DNA of 63,829 nt, filler included, from Octopus bimaculoides (lineage: Eukaryota), in the NCBI RefSeq assembly GCF_001194135.2. It is 7 parts of 7 records of this genome, joined end to end, with 100 filler letters (N's around TTAATTAATTAA, not from the genome) between each part and the next. Parts side by side here need not be neighbours in the genome. Positions count along the whole stretch, not along the records: positions 4,920 to 22,852 come from NC_068983.1; positions 22,953 to 30,678 come from NW_026437447.1; 5 more parts are not named here. One strand, given 5' to 3'. Position 1 is the first letter of the stretch. Every line of letters starts with the position of its first letter. Below, piece by piece: positions 12,136 through 24,640 of this stretch. Below the pieces are notes generated by a model that was not told the DNA's origin, did no database searches, and worked only from the letters and a program-made list of their open reading frames with translations. The translations under genes were made by a program, and so were the position numbers.

Positions 12136-12331
12136 TGAAGCACTGGATATTTTCCATAGATTAGCACCAACACAAAGGATTGTCAATGATCTCAGTAGCC
12201 CTATCAGCATTACGGACCATGAACTATATTCTCACTTATGGGAACAAGGACAATTGTCTTCCGAACATCAAATGCTCCCTTCAGAAATGGATGTTTATCA
12301 ACTTAGGGAAAATCTTATAACGCAAGCAAAG
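12136..12331 (+). CDS. Unidentified gene, exon B (EALDIFHRLAPTQRIVNDLSSPISITDHELYSHLWEQGQLSSEHQMLPSEMDVYQLRENLITQAK)
   Basis: tatag| acceptor, AAG|gtttgt donor; one frame open for 65 codons while the other two stop immediately; non-repetitive and GC-richer than flanks. Family not recognised. Confidence 0.75.
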
Positions 12332-12729
12332 GTTTGTTTTTACAATATTTTATTCTATTTTGTTAATTTCAGTTTTTGATTACAATTTAAAAACAATATT
12401 CTTGAGATAATTTATTTCATTTTCCAGATACATTTGTGCATTTTAGTAATAATAATAATAATAATGATGATAATAGTCTTTGCATAATAATAGTTGGTGT
12501 AAATAAATGTTGATTGTTTTGCTGATTTCTCCAGTGATGTTTTACATTATATATATGAGAGAGAGAGAGAGAGATACAGGGAGAATTAACATAAGACTGT
12601 AGGATGAGTGCACATGCTAGGCTTGGTAGCAGCCAATAAGTAATGAGATCCTACATGTCATGCATATGCAGTGTGAGATAAAAAGATTTATAAGAGACAG
12701 GAGGAGAAGTGAAAATGTGTGTGTACATA

Positions 12730-13095
12730 TATATATATCATCATCATCATCGTTTAACATCTGCTTTCCATGTTAGCATGGGTTGGACAATTTGACTGAG
12801 GACTGGTGAATCAGATGGCTACACCAGGCTCCAATCTGATTTGGCAGAGTTTCTACAGCTGGATGCCCTTTCTAACGCCAACCACTCAGAGAGTGTAGTG
12901 GGTGTTTTTACGTGCCACCGGCACAAAGGCCAGTCAGGCAGTACTGGCAACGGCCACGCTCAAAATGGTATATTTTACGTGCCACCTGCACAGGAGCCAG
13001 TCTAGCGGCACTGGCAACATCTCGCTTGAAAGTCTTTACACGTGCCACCGGCATAAGTGCCAGAAAGGTGACGCTGGGCACAGGTGCCATCATGA
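12730..13095 (-). mobile_element. RTE 3' UTR/tail copy
   Basis: Same sequence as 4975-5300 with (CAT)n tail; an older tandem copy follows at 13135-13300. Confidence 0.85.
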
Positions 13096-13475
13096 TGTAC
13101 AATATATACACACACACACGTATATATATATAAATCATCATTGTAATCATTTAACATCCATTGTCCATGCTGGACAGTTTGACCAGGGCTAGTAAGCAGA
13201 GAGGCTGCACCAGACTCCAATCTGATTTGGCATGGTTTCTATGGTCGGATGCCCTTCCTAATGTCAACCACTCAGTGTAATGGATGCTTTTACGTGCCAG
13301 TTGTGTGACACCAGTGTGTGTGTGTAGTTACAGTAATTGTGTTTCCATTTTTTTTCTACTTTTTAACTCGTTTTATTTAATTTCATTTTAAGGTAATATT
13401 TTACTTTTCATTTTATTATTCATTATTTCATTTTAGTTTTATTTTCCTGAGTATTTCTGTTCTTTTGTCTTTCAG

Positions 13476-13499
13476 GAATCTCTGAGTATGCCTTCATGA
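13476..13499 (+). CDS. Unidentified gene, exon C (ESLSMPS* or a 10-nt microexon ending at 13485)
   Basis: Very strong polypyrimidine tract + ttcag| acceptor; phase 0 follows exon B; candidate donors at 13486 (gtatgc) and 13517 (gtcagt). Confidence 0.5.
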   Translation, partial: ESLSMPS

Positions 13500-14587
13500 A
13501 TGATGACTACAATTTGGTCAGTTTTATTTTCTTCCTTTACTGAATCTTGTATTCCATTTGGTGAATTTCTTTTTCACAAATATTTTGTTTTTGATTTGAA
13601 TATGAAATAGATGTTTGTATAGGCACAGGCATAGCTGTGTGGTCAAGAACCAAGAACTTCATTTTGGAAATGTGGTTAGGGGTTCTGTTCTGTTGCCTGA
13701 CTGTAGTCAGCAGGCATTCTGTATACGGTTGTGGGTCAACCAATACTTTGTGAGTGAAATTGATTGATAGAAACTGAAGAAGTCTGTCATATATTGTGTG
13801 TGTCTGTTTGTGAATGGAGTTTGTATTTTTCGCTTATCTTCATGCATGTTTACTGACTGTAAATACACCAACACTGGTTGTCAACCGGGGGAGGGACAAT
13901 CACAAAGACACACACACATAGATATATACATACATATATATGTGATGAGCTTCTTTTAGTTTCTGTCTATCAAATCCATTGACAAAGCTTTAGTTGGCTT
14001 GAGGCTATAGTAGAAGACACTTGCCCAGGGCGCCATGCAGTGGGACTGAACCTAGCACCATGTGGTTGGGAAGCAAGCTTCTTACGACACAGTTACGACT
14101 GTGTCTGTGTGTGTGTGTGACAGACTTTATCTCTCCCAAATCCACTCACGGGACTGAATTCAAGACCACATGGTTGGGAAGCAAACTCCCCACCAATACA
14201 GCAATGCCTGCACCTATAGTTTGGGCTTACAGTTTGTAATATAGGTTTTATTGCTGCTTACCTTCAGGCCAACTGGTGGTGAGGAAATATGAGATTAAAG
14301 GCATTCCAGCATTAATCATCCCATTTTTTGTATATCAGAGACTACAAAATCCAATTAGCTTTCGTTTAAGATAGTGGTATGTTATCTGAGGGAAATTTGG
14401 TTGCTATTTCTAATAAGTGGAGCGACTGCATTGACAGTCATTCTAGTCTCTGCATAAAAGATTGCAAGGTTTCACTTTAGATAAAAGGATTTAAGTCCCA
14501 CATCAACTCTAAATGAGCAGATCTAAGATGACCATTCTGTTTCTTGTTTCTAAACAGTGTTCAATGTGTTCTTACTACTACTACTAC

Positions 14588-14644
<57 letters not shown>

Positions 14645-14746
14645 GACTAGTGATTTGAAAATGATTCGGTTATTTGTATCCGATCAAACGATTACTGCGT
14701 ATTGTCTGTACACCTAATATACGGTTTTCTTTTTTCTCTCTTCAAG

Positions 14747-14766
14747 GTGTATTGCAAGAGAAGTAA
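14747..14766 (+). CDS. Unidentified gene, probable terminal exon D start (SVLQEK* if joined to the 10-nt exon C)
   Basis: Strong polypyrimidine tract + caag| acceptor; followed by kilobases of AT-rich UTR-like sequence. Confidence 0.4.
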
Positions 14767-15938
14767 CTCAGCCATGATCATTATTTCCATTATTCGTCAC
14801 TTTCTCATGAATCAACCAACAAATGCTACGCAGAATGATGGGTTGTTCCCCTTGAATCTTTTTTTTTTTTTAGCGAGTTGATATTTTTCAAATTTATTCT
14901 CCCAGTTTTATAATTTTATATTCCTTTTTATGTGACAATATTTTCTTTATACTTTGTACAATCGAGAAGAACAAACATGACATCTTGATATACTAGAATA
15001 TTATCGAACGAAAAAGATGCTATTCCATAAACATATCCTTGAAAGTTCTCAGAATATTTGGTGCTTAGAAAAATACATAGAAAATGTTTTACTTGTCCCA
15101 ACATTTTTACATTAAAAAACAAGAAAACCATTTGTTTTCCCTCCATTATTCACTGCAAAATTATGTCATAATTTTGGTCTTTAAGTTGCAATTTTGATAT
15201 TATTTTAATGTTTTGTATACATACACTTGCACACAATTCTTGAAGTATGTATTTTTAATTTTGGTTTTTTATTTTGTTTGTTGTAGCCAATATTTCCATG
15301 ACTTTTCACCACCCCCACCCAATTTATATATATATATAGTACATATCAAATGGTTTATATTTGAAATTTTGTACTGAATTACAATGGCAAATGTTTTAAA
15401 GAGAAGTATCTTATGTCTGAACTTTCAGGTGTGTGTGTGTGTGTGCATATTCTTCTCACATGCCCATATATACATGATTAAAAAATAGAACAGACACTGA
15501 AGCAACACTTTTGAAATTTTTTTTTTAATGCCAATTTATTTTTTGATTTTTAGAAGTATAATTCTTACAATCATAATTCTTTAGACTAATAGCTTCATCT
15601 TTATTGAAAAAAATATCTTACTTTTTACACCCAGATGACAATAAGACTTATTGACCAAAGTATAGTATTGAAACATCTCTCACTTGTATAGATGAGGTTA
15701 ATGGTTTTAAAAATTACAAGCTTATTATCAAGAACATGTCTCAGACATTTAGACAGTTAATCAAGTTGAACTTATGTTTATTCACAACAAAAATTTTAAA
15801 AAAACGTTTCTTGTAGCATGTGAGTTAAATTATTAAGTCTGAGCATTCCTGTTGAATTGCCACAAACAATATCTTACTTTCAGAAGTTTAACACATAAAT
15901 TATGATATATTAAAATCTTAACTGTTAACTTATTCATC

Positions 15939-15978
<40 letters not shown>

Positions 15979-16054
15979 TACCCTCACAAAAATAACGTTG
16001 CCAAAGACTATACAATTATATAATGCCAAAAACCCAAAAGAACCTTAGTAAAGT

Positions 16055-16098
16055 ACAGTCTGATGGAGGTGAGGAACCTGAAACTTTGAAGTCACTGT
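16055..16098 (+). ncRNA. Type I hammerhead ribozyme fold (one core deviation)
   Basis: ACAGT-CTGATGG-AGGT(gagga)ACCT-GAA-ACTT(tg)AAGT-C-ACTGT: stems I, II and III all pair perfectly; GUC cleavage triplet. Confidence 0.7.
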
Positions 16099-16340
16099 CA
16101 ATTTTTTCTTCATTGAAGTTAATGTGTATATATTAGAACAAAAAAAAAAGTTGGCAGGTCAGCTTATTAGATGTATAGTAATGACATAACTGTCTTAGAT
16201 CATTGTAATTTTAGTACAATTGCCTCTCCTAAAAATGTCTCAAAACCTTTGGAATGCTCCTCATATTTAAAGGAAATTATCACAATGCAACTGATTAGTT
16301 ACTTTACGATGTTATCATATAATTTGACAGTGTGTGTGAG

Positions 16341-16372
<32 letters not shown>

Positions 16373-16488
16373 GATCTATATATAATATAGTTACGTACCG
16401 TTTTATTTAATATGTTTGTCTACATTCAGACATCGAAAAACAATACATTGCACTAGTTATCTCAAGTGAATAAATTGTTTGTAAGGAA

Positions 16489-16568
16489 AATTTCTTCTCT
16501 CAAGACAACTTGTGCAGCGTATTGTCTTTCCATATCCAAGTGTACAAGTTGTCTTGAGAGAAGAAATT
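16489..16568 (+). other. 28-bp near-perfect stem-loop (pre-miRNA-like, MITE-derived or ADAR substrate)
   Basis: 16489-16516 is the reverse complement of 16541-16568 except one G.U pair; 24-nt loop. Confidence 0.85.
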
Positions 16569-19500
16569 AAATAAAACTGTACATATTTCATTCGATGTTG
16601 CTTAGTGAAGCATTGAATGGAATAATGTCTGCAGCTATCAATTATTTGCATTCAATCCCTCCATTACATTTTCTTTTCTGAAGAAACTGCTCGCTTAAAA
16701 TTTCACATGAGTAACATATTCTTTGTACCAGATGAACTTTAATGTCATAATTTTGAATAATTTAGTATGATGTTCTTATCATCATCACCATCATTGTTGT
16801 CTAGGATGGTAGAGTATCAAAATTGGTACAGCACCCAACAAAATGCCTTGTGGTATTTTGTTATGCCCTTTTACATTCTGAGTTTGACTTTATTTTATTT
16901 ATTCCAGAAGGCTGAAAAGCAAAGCAACAGTCATGTCCTGGCTTGATTTAATCAACTGTATCTCTCTCCATCAAAATATGGATGGCATTATGCCTGTCAT
17001 TATTATTCTTGAATACATTGTTACTGTTTTCATAGTTTTTGTATATGCAATATGTTTATAAGGCTAAGCTGAAGACCAGTTCTCCACCTTTTTCTCACAA
17101 ACTGTCATATCCATTTTTATTGAATTAGAAATAATTAAGTTAACTTCTTTAAGCCTCTCAGAATTTTGTTGCTTCCAATTTGAATTTACAGACAGCTGTC
17201 TGTATGCAATACATAGGTCAGTGAAATAGAGAAATATATAGTTTTGGATAAAATATCTCATGGTATTTTGTTGCATTCCAAGTTCATATATTGTGAACGT
17301 TGACTTTGCTTTTCATCTTTTTGGCAGATTGATAAAATAGGTAACAGTCAAATACTGAGTTGATTACATCAACTCTGCCCACTACCAAATTTGTTGTGTT
17401 GAGCTGAAGTTAAAAATACGAAGTGATATTGCCATCTTTTCTTTACAAGGACTATGTGTTTATAAACTGTTTGATTATGCCATTTATCATTAAGGAGCTT
17501 TCTCAACACCCACTATTTCAAAACAGATTAACAAATTAAATCTCTTCATTTTCTTGTAAGAGCAATGGCTAAATAAAATGTCCTTTTTTTCTGGTAGTAT
17601 AGATAAAACAAACTCCATGAATAACTACATACATACCAGTCATTGTTGCAAATATAAATACTTGTGAGGCTGTGTTGTGGTAGAAATGGTAGTGTTCAAC
17701 TAAATTACCTTTCAGAATAAAATTTCATTTCTCTGTTTCAAATTCCAATGGGGTCAGTAAAATAGGTACAAGTCTTGGGTGATTTTATCTTAATTACATA
17801 AATTTTTTAAAAAATAATTATCAATTTAAAATTTATTTTTAATGATTCAGTCAGATGAGGCAAGGTAGCACTCATTCAGGGACTCCAAGACTGATGGGAA
17901 GAAATCCTTTCAAATTAGGGAGCCAGAGTAAAACTTTGCAACAGAATGCACTCTACTAAAGACATCCATGAACCAGATGGTGGTACTAGATGAAGCAACA
18001 GATTAAGTCAACTACTCTAAAAGTAATTTGGTCCTCTTCCACATCTGTTTATACTGAAGTTGTTAAATCACTTGATTATACACCTTCTTTCTATCAGTAC
18101 TAAGAAACCTTCCTTGATAGTACAGTAGTAGTAGTAAGTCTTGTAGAGGATAATACAATATCTAAGCTATAGACAAGCTAAGTCTACAGTACTGTTTGTC
18201 TTCTTTGTCACTTCATGAATGCCACTAATGCCTTTTAGAAAAGTGGAACTTTAATTTCCACCACGTCTAAAATATGCAACTTTGCCTTAGTTAGAAATCA
18301 ATATTTAACAACTTGTAATACAAACTTGAAGTAAATGACAAAGCAATTTCTTCTGTGATGTTTTTACCATTTTTTTTTTCTTTTTTTATATAATTATATA
18401 TAATACTGGGATCAATCGATTAATCTCGAGTGTTTTTATGGTTGTTAGAAAGTACAGTTTGGAGTTAGTTGAAACAATCTACATGTCTCAAGTAAATTTC
18501 CTGCTTAAAAAAAAAAAAATTTAAGTTTTATCTTGCAAGGCCTAACTGCAGTTAAATAATGATCTAACAGGAATTTATTAACTTATATTAAGAATATTGC
18601 CTAAGTGAATTCAAAAGAAGTTTTTGTTGCTATCATAGCTATACTAATAGTTATGTTTATAGTAGCTGGAACTTTCTGATGGTTAAACATTTCTAACATT
18701 TTCCAATAAGCAATAACCCAATACTTAATTCTATTTATGAACTTAAGATTTTCTAAAGTGCTTCCAATGAAAAAATGTTAATAACTTTTTTTACTTAAAA
18801 AAAAAATCAAAATTAATCACACAAAAAAAAGAAAAAATGAACCACAAACCTCTCAGTATTTTATTGTATTCTATTCTGAAAGTTAATGTATTCAGGTAAA
18901 ACCACAAAAAAAAAAAATTGTTTTTTTTTTTTTTCTCAATTGATGTTGTACTANNNNNNNNNNGTTGTACTATATTTGTTATTTGCTTTGAATCCAGTGC
19001 TAGCCCCCCCCCCCCACATAACACTATATTGTACAAATAAATAGATAATTCCTTCCTTTAATACCCCTGGCAATGCTTCCTGATGAAAAAAAAAAATGTT
19101 TAAAATCTGCCTTTCACAATGTGATATATTTTTTACGAACATTTATCTCTCAATTTTTAAATTCATATTGGAATTTAAACAACTTTTGTTTTTAATTTTA
19201 TGCAATTTTACATTCACTTTTTGTCTCTGTATTTTAAAATATCTAACCTCTTTCATCTTATAAAGCTTTGCAAATTCAAATAATCAGTGTTCTAATACCA
19301 CAAATTTTATACAGTAATGTGTGACATTTTTCCTTTTGTTAATCTTTAGACCAGTGTTTTCTTATCGTTTTCCCTATGATGTCTCTACCTCTCTCTCTCT
19401 CTCTCTCTCTGGTATCTTTTTTTATTCCAATTTACCAAGACTGCTCACATTAGTGTTCATATTTAGAGTCACAAGGCAAAATCTTTTTAAAACATGAAAA

Positions 19501-21599
19501 AGATTTCATTTGGCCAACACCAGTGCATTTGTATAGATGAGATGGTCATAGCTGGAATTTAGCTCATCTGTTTGATCAGATCCAACCTTGTGTCAAGAAA
19601 AAAAACAAAAACAAATGTACACAATTAAAAATGCTTAATTAAATTTCTTCCCCATCAGTCTTGATTACATCGTAAATTAACTAAAACAGACATTCTATTA
19701 ATTAAAAATGTAGTGATGAACGGGTTTACTTTTTTCTTTTCTTTTCTTTCTTTTTTTTTTTTTTTGTTAGAACTTCATCTTCAATTTTACTCCTGTTTAA
19801 CAGTTTGTGATTCTACCCACCAGCAACATCCTTGTAGAAAAATACTTATTTTAATTCTGAATAATTTATAGAATACTTTGGCTTACTGACTGATATATTT
19901 GTTAGTTGATTTCTAAGCAGTTAATTTTAATGATCAGTTTCACCAATTAATTTGTTCTCTTTTTGGATATTGACTTGTATCTCAAAACATTGTTAGTAAT
20001 TCATTTTTGAACCTCTCAAAAACTTCTAAAATCTACCCCGCCCTTATATACTTATATATATATATATGTATGCACTCCTCTATATGCAGACTGTACAACA
20101 TATATGATAATTTTTCGAGCTAATAATCTGTATGAAAAAAGTATTTTTTACAGTATTTACAACTATATTGCGTGTTGATCACTTTGTATATAGTTTCCAA
20201 CACTTTAGTTTAGAAATAAACTAGAGATTCATCATTCAAACTCTGTTTAATAGTAACGTATCCAGAAATAAGACACCTGATAACAATTTGAGATCACACT
20301 GATTGAAATGTTGCATAGATGTAATATAAAGTGTATAAAAATTTTCCAATTGTAAAGACAGTCAGAAAAATTATAATCTTAGTTTAAACCTCACTTGAGT
20401 TAACTTGCATTTCCTCCTGCCAGACTCGATGAAACCAGCTATCATACTGTGCTATGGTTGATGCAATTGACTATAATTCATCCCCTAATACCATACACAA
20501 AACGGGTCCTATGCCTAAGAATTGAATACTGTCATCATTATTCATACAGTACTAAGGTGATGAGCTGGCAGAATAATTACCACACCGGGCAAAATGCTTA
20601 GCAGCATTTCATCCATCTCTACGTTCTGAGTTCAAATTCCACCAAGGCTGACTTTACCTTACATACTTTTGGGGTTGATAAAATAAGCACCAGTTGAACT
20701 CTGGAGTCAATGTCATTGACTTATTCCCCCACCCCACACCCGAATTTGCTGGCCTTGTGCCAAAATTTGAAATCATTATTTATATGATACTATTTCTTGT
20801 CTTCCCTTTTAGACATTTAAGTTTTAATTTGTAGTTCATCTGTCTCATTCATAATTAAAAGAATGATTTATAAAATGATTCAGTATTAGATTAATCCCAG
20901 AGAATTGTCTTGGAGATAAAATTGTGATCGTNNNNNNNNNNNNNNNNNNNNNNNNNNNNNNNNNNNNNNNNNNNNNNNNNNNNNNNNNNNNNNNNNNNNN
21001 NNNNNNNNNNNNNNNNNNNNNNNNNNNNNNNNNNNNNNNNNNNNNNNNNNNNNNNNNNNNNNNNNNNNNNNNNNNNNNNNNNNNNNNNNNNNNNNNNNNN
21101 NNNNNNNNNNNNNNNNNNNNNNNNNNNNNNNNNNNNNNNNNNNNNNNNNNNNNNNNNNNNNNNNNNNNNNNNNNNNNNNNNNNNNNNNNNNNNNNNNNNN
21201 NNNNNNNNNNNNNNNNNNNNNNNNNNNNNNNNNNNNNNNNNNNNNNNNNNNNNNNNNNNNNNNNNNNNNNNNNNNNNNNNNNNNNNNNNNNNNNNNNNNN
21301 NNNNNNNNNNNNNNNNNNNNNNNNAAAGTAAATATCATAAGATAAATATAATAAATATTTATCTTATGATATTTACTTTACTTTATATTATACTCATTTA
21401 TTGTGCTTTTAATTATTAATTTTTCTATATGTGATAGTGGATTTTCATCGATGAGTTCTTGATAATTGGTTATTTTCCCTAAAACTATATATTTTTTATA
21501 TATACTTTATCTATAAGGCTCAATTTAATTTTAATTTTTTATAAATTGATTTTAATTGAGTTTTTTGCCTGTAATTTTGGATTTTGTCCCTAATATTAT

Positions 21600-21666
<67 letters not shown>

Positions 21667-21669
<3 letters not shown>

Positions 21670-22521
21670 GGTGGGTGAAAAGTAAGTAGGCATTAAAAAT
21701 TGGTAATATAATCCGTATTCCTTTTGCAAATTTATTGAAACAAATGATACATGTTCTTTATTACATGCGAAATTGAAAGTAAATCTTCATATTTCAATAT
21801 TAGCACTGGTGGTGTCAACCAGTTTCCTCAAGCAGCCAGAGATGGTATGAACAATCTTCTGAAGGGCGTCATCTGGGATATCATTGAAAACCTCCTGAAT
21901 CTGTCTCCAAGTCCTTCAGTGTGTGAAGTTTTGTCTTGTACACCTCCTCTTTTGTGTAAATCCACAGGTTAAAACCACACGGAGTTTGATCTGGACTTCT
22001 TGAAGGCTATTCCATTCTGTGGTCACAGTTTTCAGGTTTTAACTCCTGCACGTAATGGGGTTTCTACGAATTAAAATTCAATTTTTTATGCAACACCGTA
22101 TGTACTGTGTGTCTTCTTAGTCCACTTTCACGAGTTGCTTGATGTGTTGATTTTAGCAGGCTGCGATTAAACGTTTCCTGCACTGTTACCATGTTCTCCG
22201 CTGATCGAAATGTGGTTGGACGGTCATTGTTCACAGAGCTCATAGTCATTAACTTTGCAAGACAACGTTTTATTGTCTCTGGATGTAGTGTTGCATGCTT
22301 ACTTTTCCATGCACGCCACCATTCTGAATCAAAGCAATGGAATTCCACATTTCATTGTGTGCTGCTATCTTAGCTCATTCCTGAACAATCAAGTGACTGG
22401 CTATTTGGGAAATCAGAAATCCCCATTAGTGTTGTGTTTTAAAATGTTTCCATCATGACTTCAGTGATACTAAAAATTCTATAAGCAATTTCTAATGCCT
22501 AGTTACTTTCCACTCACCCTA
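21667..22521 (-). mobile_element. Internally deleted Tc1/mariner element
   Basis: ~30-bp TIRs (CAAGGTGGGTGAAAAGTAAGTAGGCATTA / TAATGCCTAGTTACTTTCCACTCACCCT); minus strand carries a degenerate HTH N-terminus (TIKRCLAK..DRPTTFRSAEN) joined to the transposase C-terminus. Confidence 0.85.
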
Positions 22522-22539
22522 TATATTTAGGTGTGTGTG

Positions 22540-22567
22540 TGCGGAGGTATGCATATGGATGGATGTG

Positions 22568-22598
<31 letters not shown>

Positions 22599-22733
22599 AT
22601 AGATATGAATATGTATATATATATATATGTATATGTATATATACATATGTATATATGTTTATATATATGTATATGTATATATACATATGTATATATGTAT
22701 ACATATATATACATATGTATATATGTATACATA

Positions 22734-22774
<41 letters not shown>

Positions 22775-22793
22775 GTATATATATATGTATATA

Positions 22794-22852
<59 letters not shown>
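22540..22852. repeat. (AT)n/(ATGT)n microsatellite field
   Basis: Direct inspection; many similar (AT)n/(AC)n tracts flank the assembly gaps. Confidence 0.95.
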
Positions 22853-23012
22853 NNNNNNNNNNNNNNNNNNNNNNNNNNNNNNNNNNNNNNNNNNNNTTAA
22901 TTAATTAANNNNNNNNNNNNNNNNNNNNNNNNNNNNNNNNNNNNNNNNNNNNATACATACATACATACACATACATACATATACACACACAAATATGCAT
23001 TTATCTATCTAT

Positions 23013-23078
<66 letters not shown>

Positions 23079-23781
23079 CCATACAAGATCATATATACAC
23101 CAGACAAGAAATGCGTACATAATTATTTACGCATTCTTTTAATAGATTTAAAATACTCCAATATTCGCTAAGACAACTCAAACACATTCACACACCAGGA
23201 TACAGATAGACAGACAGGCAGGCAGAAATACAGGCAGACAGACAGGCATGCGGGCAGACAGACAGACAGGCAGACAGGCAGGCAGGCAGGCAGACCTTGT
23301 CACACACTGTCACTGTAATTCTGTTCGTGTTTGTGGAATACTCGGCCTCGTACACGTTAATTAAGGAGCGAACTATTCAGTTGATCGGAAAACTGAATAT
23401 TTGTTATCGATCTACCCTCAAAAATTCATGACCCCTATCTTTCCTCTATACCAACCCTTTATATCCCACAAGCCTTCAACTAATNNNNNNNNNNNNNNNN
23501 NNNNNNNNNNNNNNNNNNNNNNNNNNNNNNNNNNNNNNNNNNNNNNNNNNNNNNNNNNNNNNNNNNNNNNNNNNNNNNNNNNNNNNNNNNNNNNNNNNNN
23601 NNNNNNNNNNNNNNNNNNNNNNNNNNNNNNNNNNNNNNNNNNNNNNNNNNNNNNNNNNNNNNNNNNNNNNNNNNNNNNNNNNNNNNNNNNNNNNNNNNNN
23701 NNNNNNNNNNNNNNNNNNNNNNNNNNNNNNNNNNNNNNNNNNNNNNNNNNNNNNNNNNNNNNNNNNNNNNNNNNNNNNNNN

Positions 23782-24070
23782 GCGAAAACACCTAAAAATT
23801 CCACGAGGCTCAGGCAGGGGATGGTGGCGAACCCTGCAGTAGTCTTCCACCACAACCTTCTCTCACTCTTACTTCCTGTTTCTGTTGTGCCTGTAATTCA
23901 AAGGGCCAGCCTTGTCACACTGTGACACGCTGAATATCCCCGAGAACTACGTTAAGGGTACACGTGTCTGTGGAGTGCTCAGCCACTTGCACGTTAATTT
24001 CACGAGCAGGCTGTTCCGTTGATCGGATCAACTGGAACCCTCGACGTCGTAAGCGACGGAGTGCCAGCAA
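23782..24070 (+). mobile_element. tRNA-derived SINE body (same family as 46373-47112)
   Basis: Near-identical to the reverse complement of 46373-47020; partial copy also at 36060-36230. Confidence 0.85.
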
Positions 24071-24640
24071 GTTGAACTGGTGCTGTGCTTTGCTAAAGGG
24101 AAGCCCATAACTATGCGGGGCAGGATCCTCATTCCATTGCAGTTACTCTCGATGCTGCTTGCTGATCCCGACCGTTGATCTTCTAGGATTCCTCTGCTCA
24201 GCATTAATGTAAAAATCACCATTGGTTCAGTTGAGCTCTTCCACTACCGCTTCCCAATCCACCATGCTGCGTCCAAATGACCTTGCCATATCCTTGACAG
24301 GGTGACTGAAAGGGTACTTTGCCTTGCCAAAGGGCAACTTCGCAACTATACAGAGCACAGTCGTCATTCAGTGAGCTTTCATTAGCTGAATACACAACCA
24401 TGGACGCCGCACCTACGGGTGCGTTGCGGTTACTCTCACGATGCTGCTTGGTGATCCCGACCGTTGATCTTCTGTCATTCCTCCGCTCAGCATCAATGTA
24501 AGATGCTCGGTTGAGCTCTTCTGCTGCCTTTTCAGTTCCTGTATCCTTGATCTTCCTGTATCCTTGGCAGGGTAGCAAAACTGGTGCTATGCCTTGCCAA
24601 AGGGCATATCCGTAGCTACGCAGGACACGGTCGCCACTCT
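24070..24640 (-). repeat. Tandem dimer of an unclassified ~290-bp dispersed repeat
   Basis: 24137-24240 repeats at 24424-24520; CCTTGCCAAAGGGCA-like motif occurs three times; another copy at 49380-49590. Confidence 0.7.
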
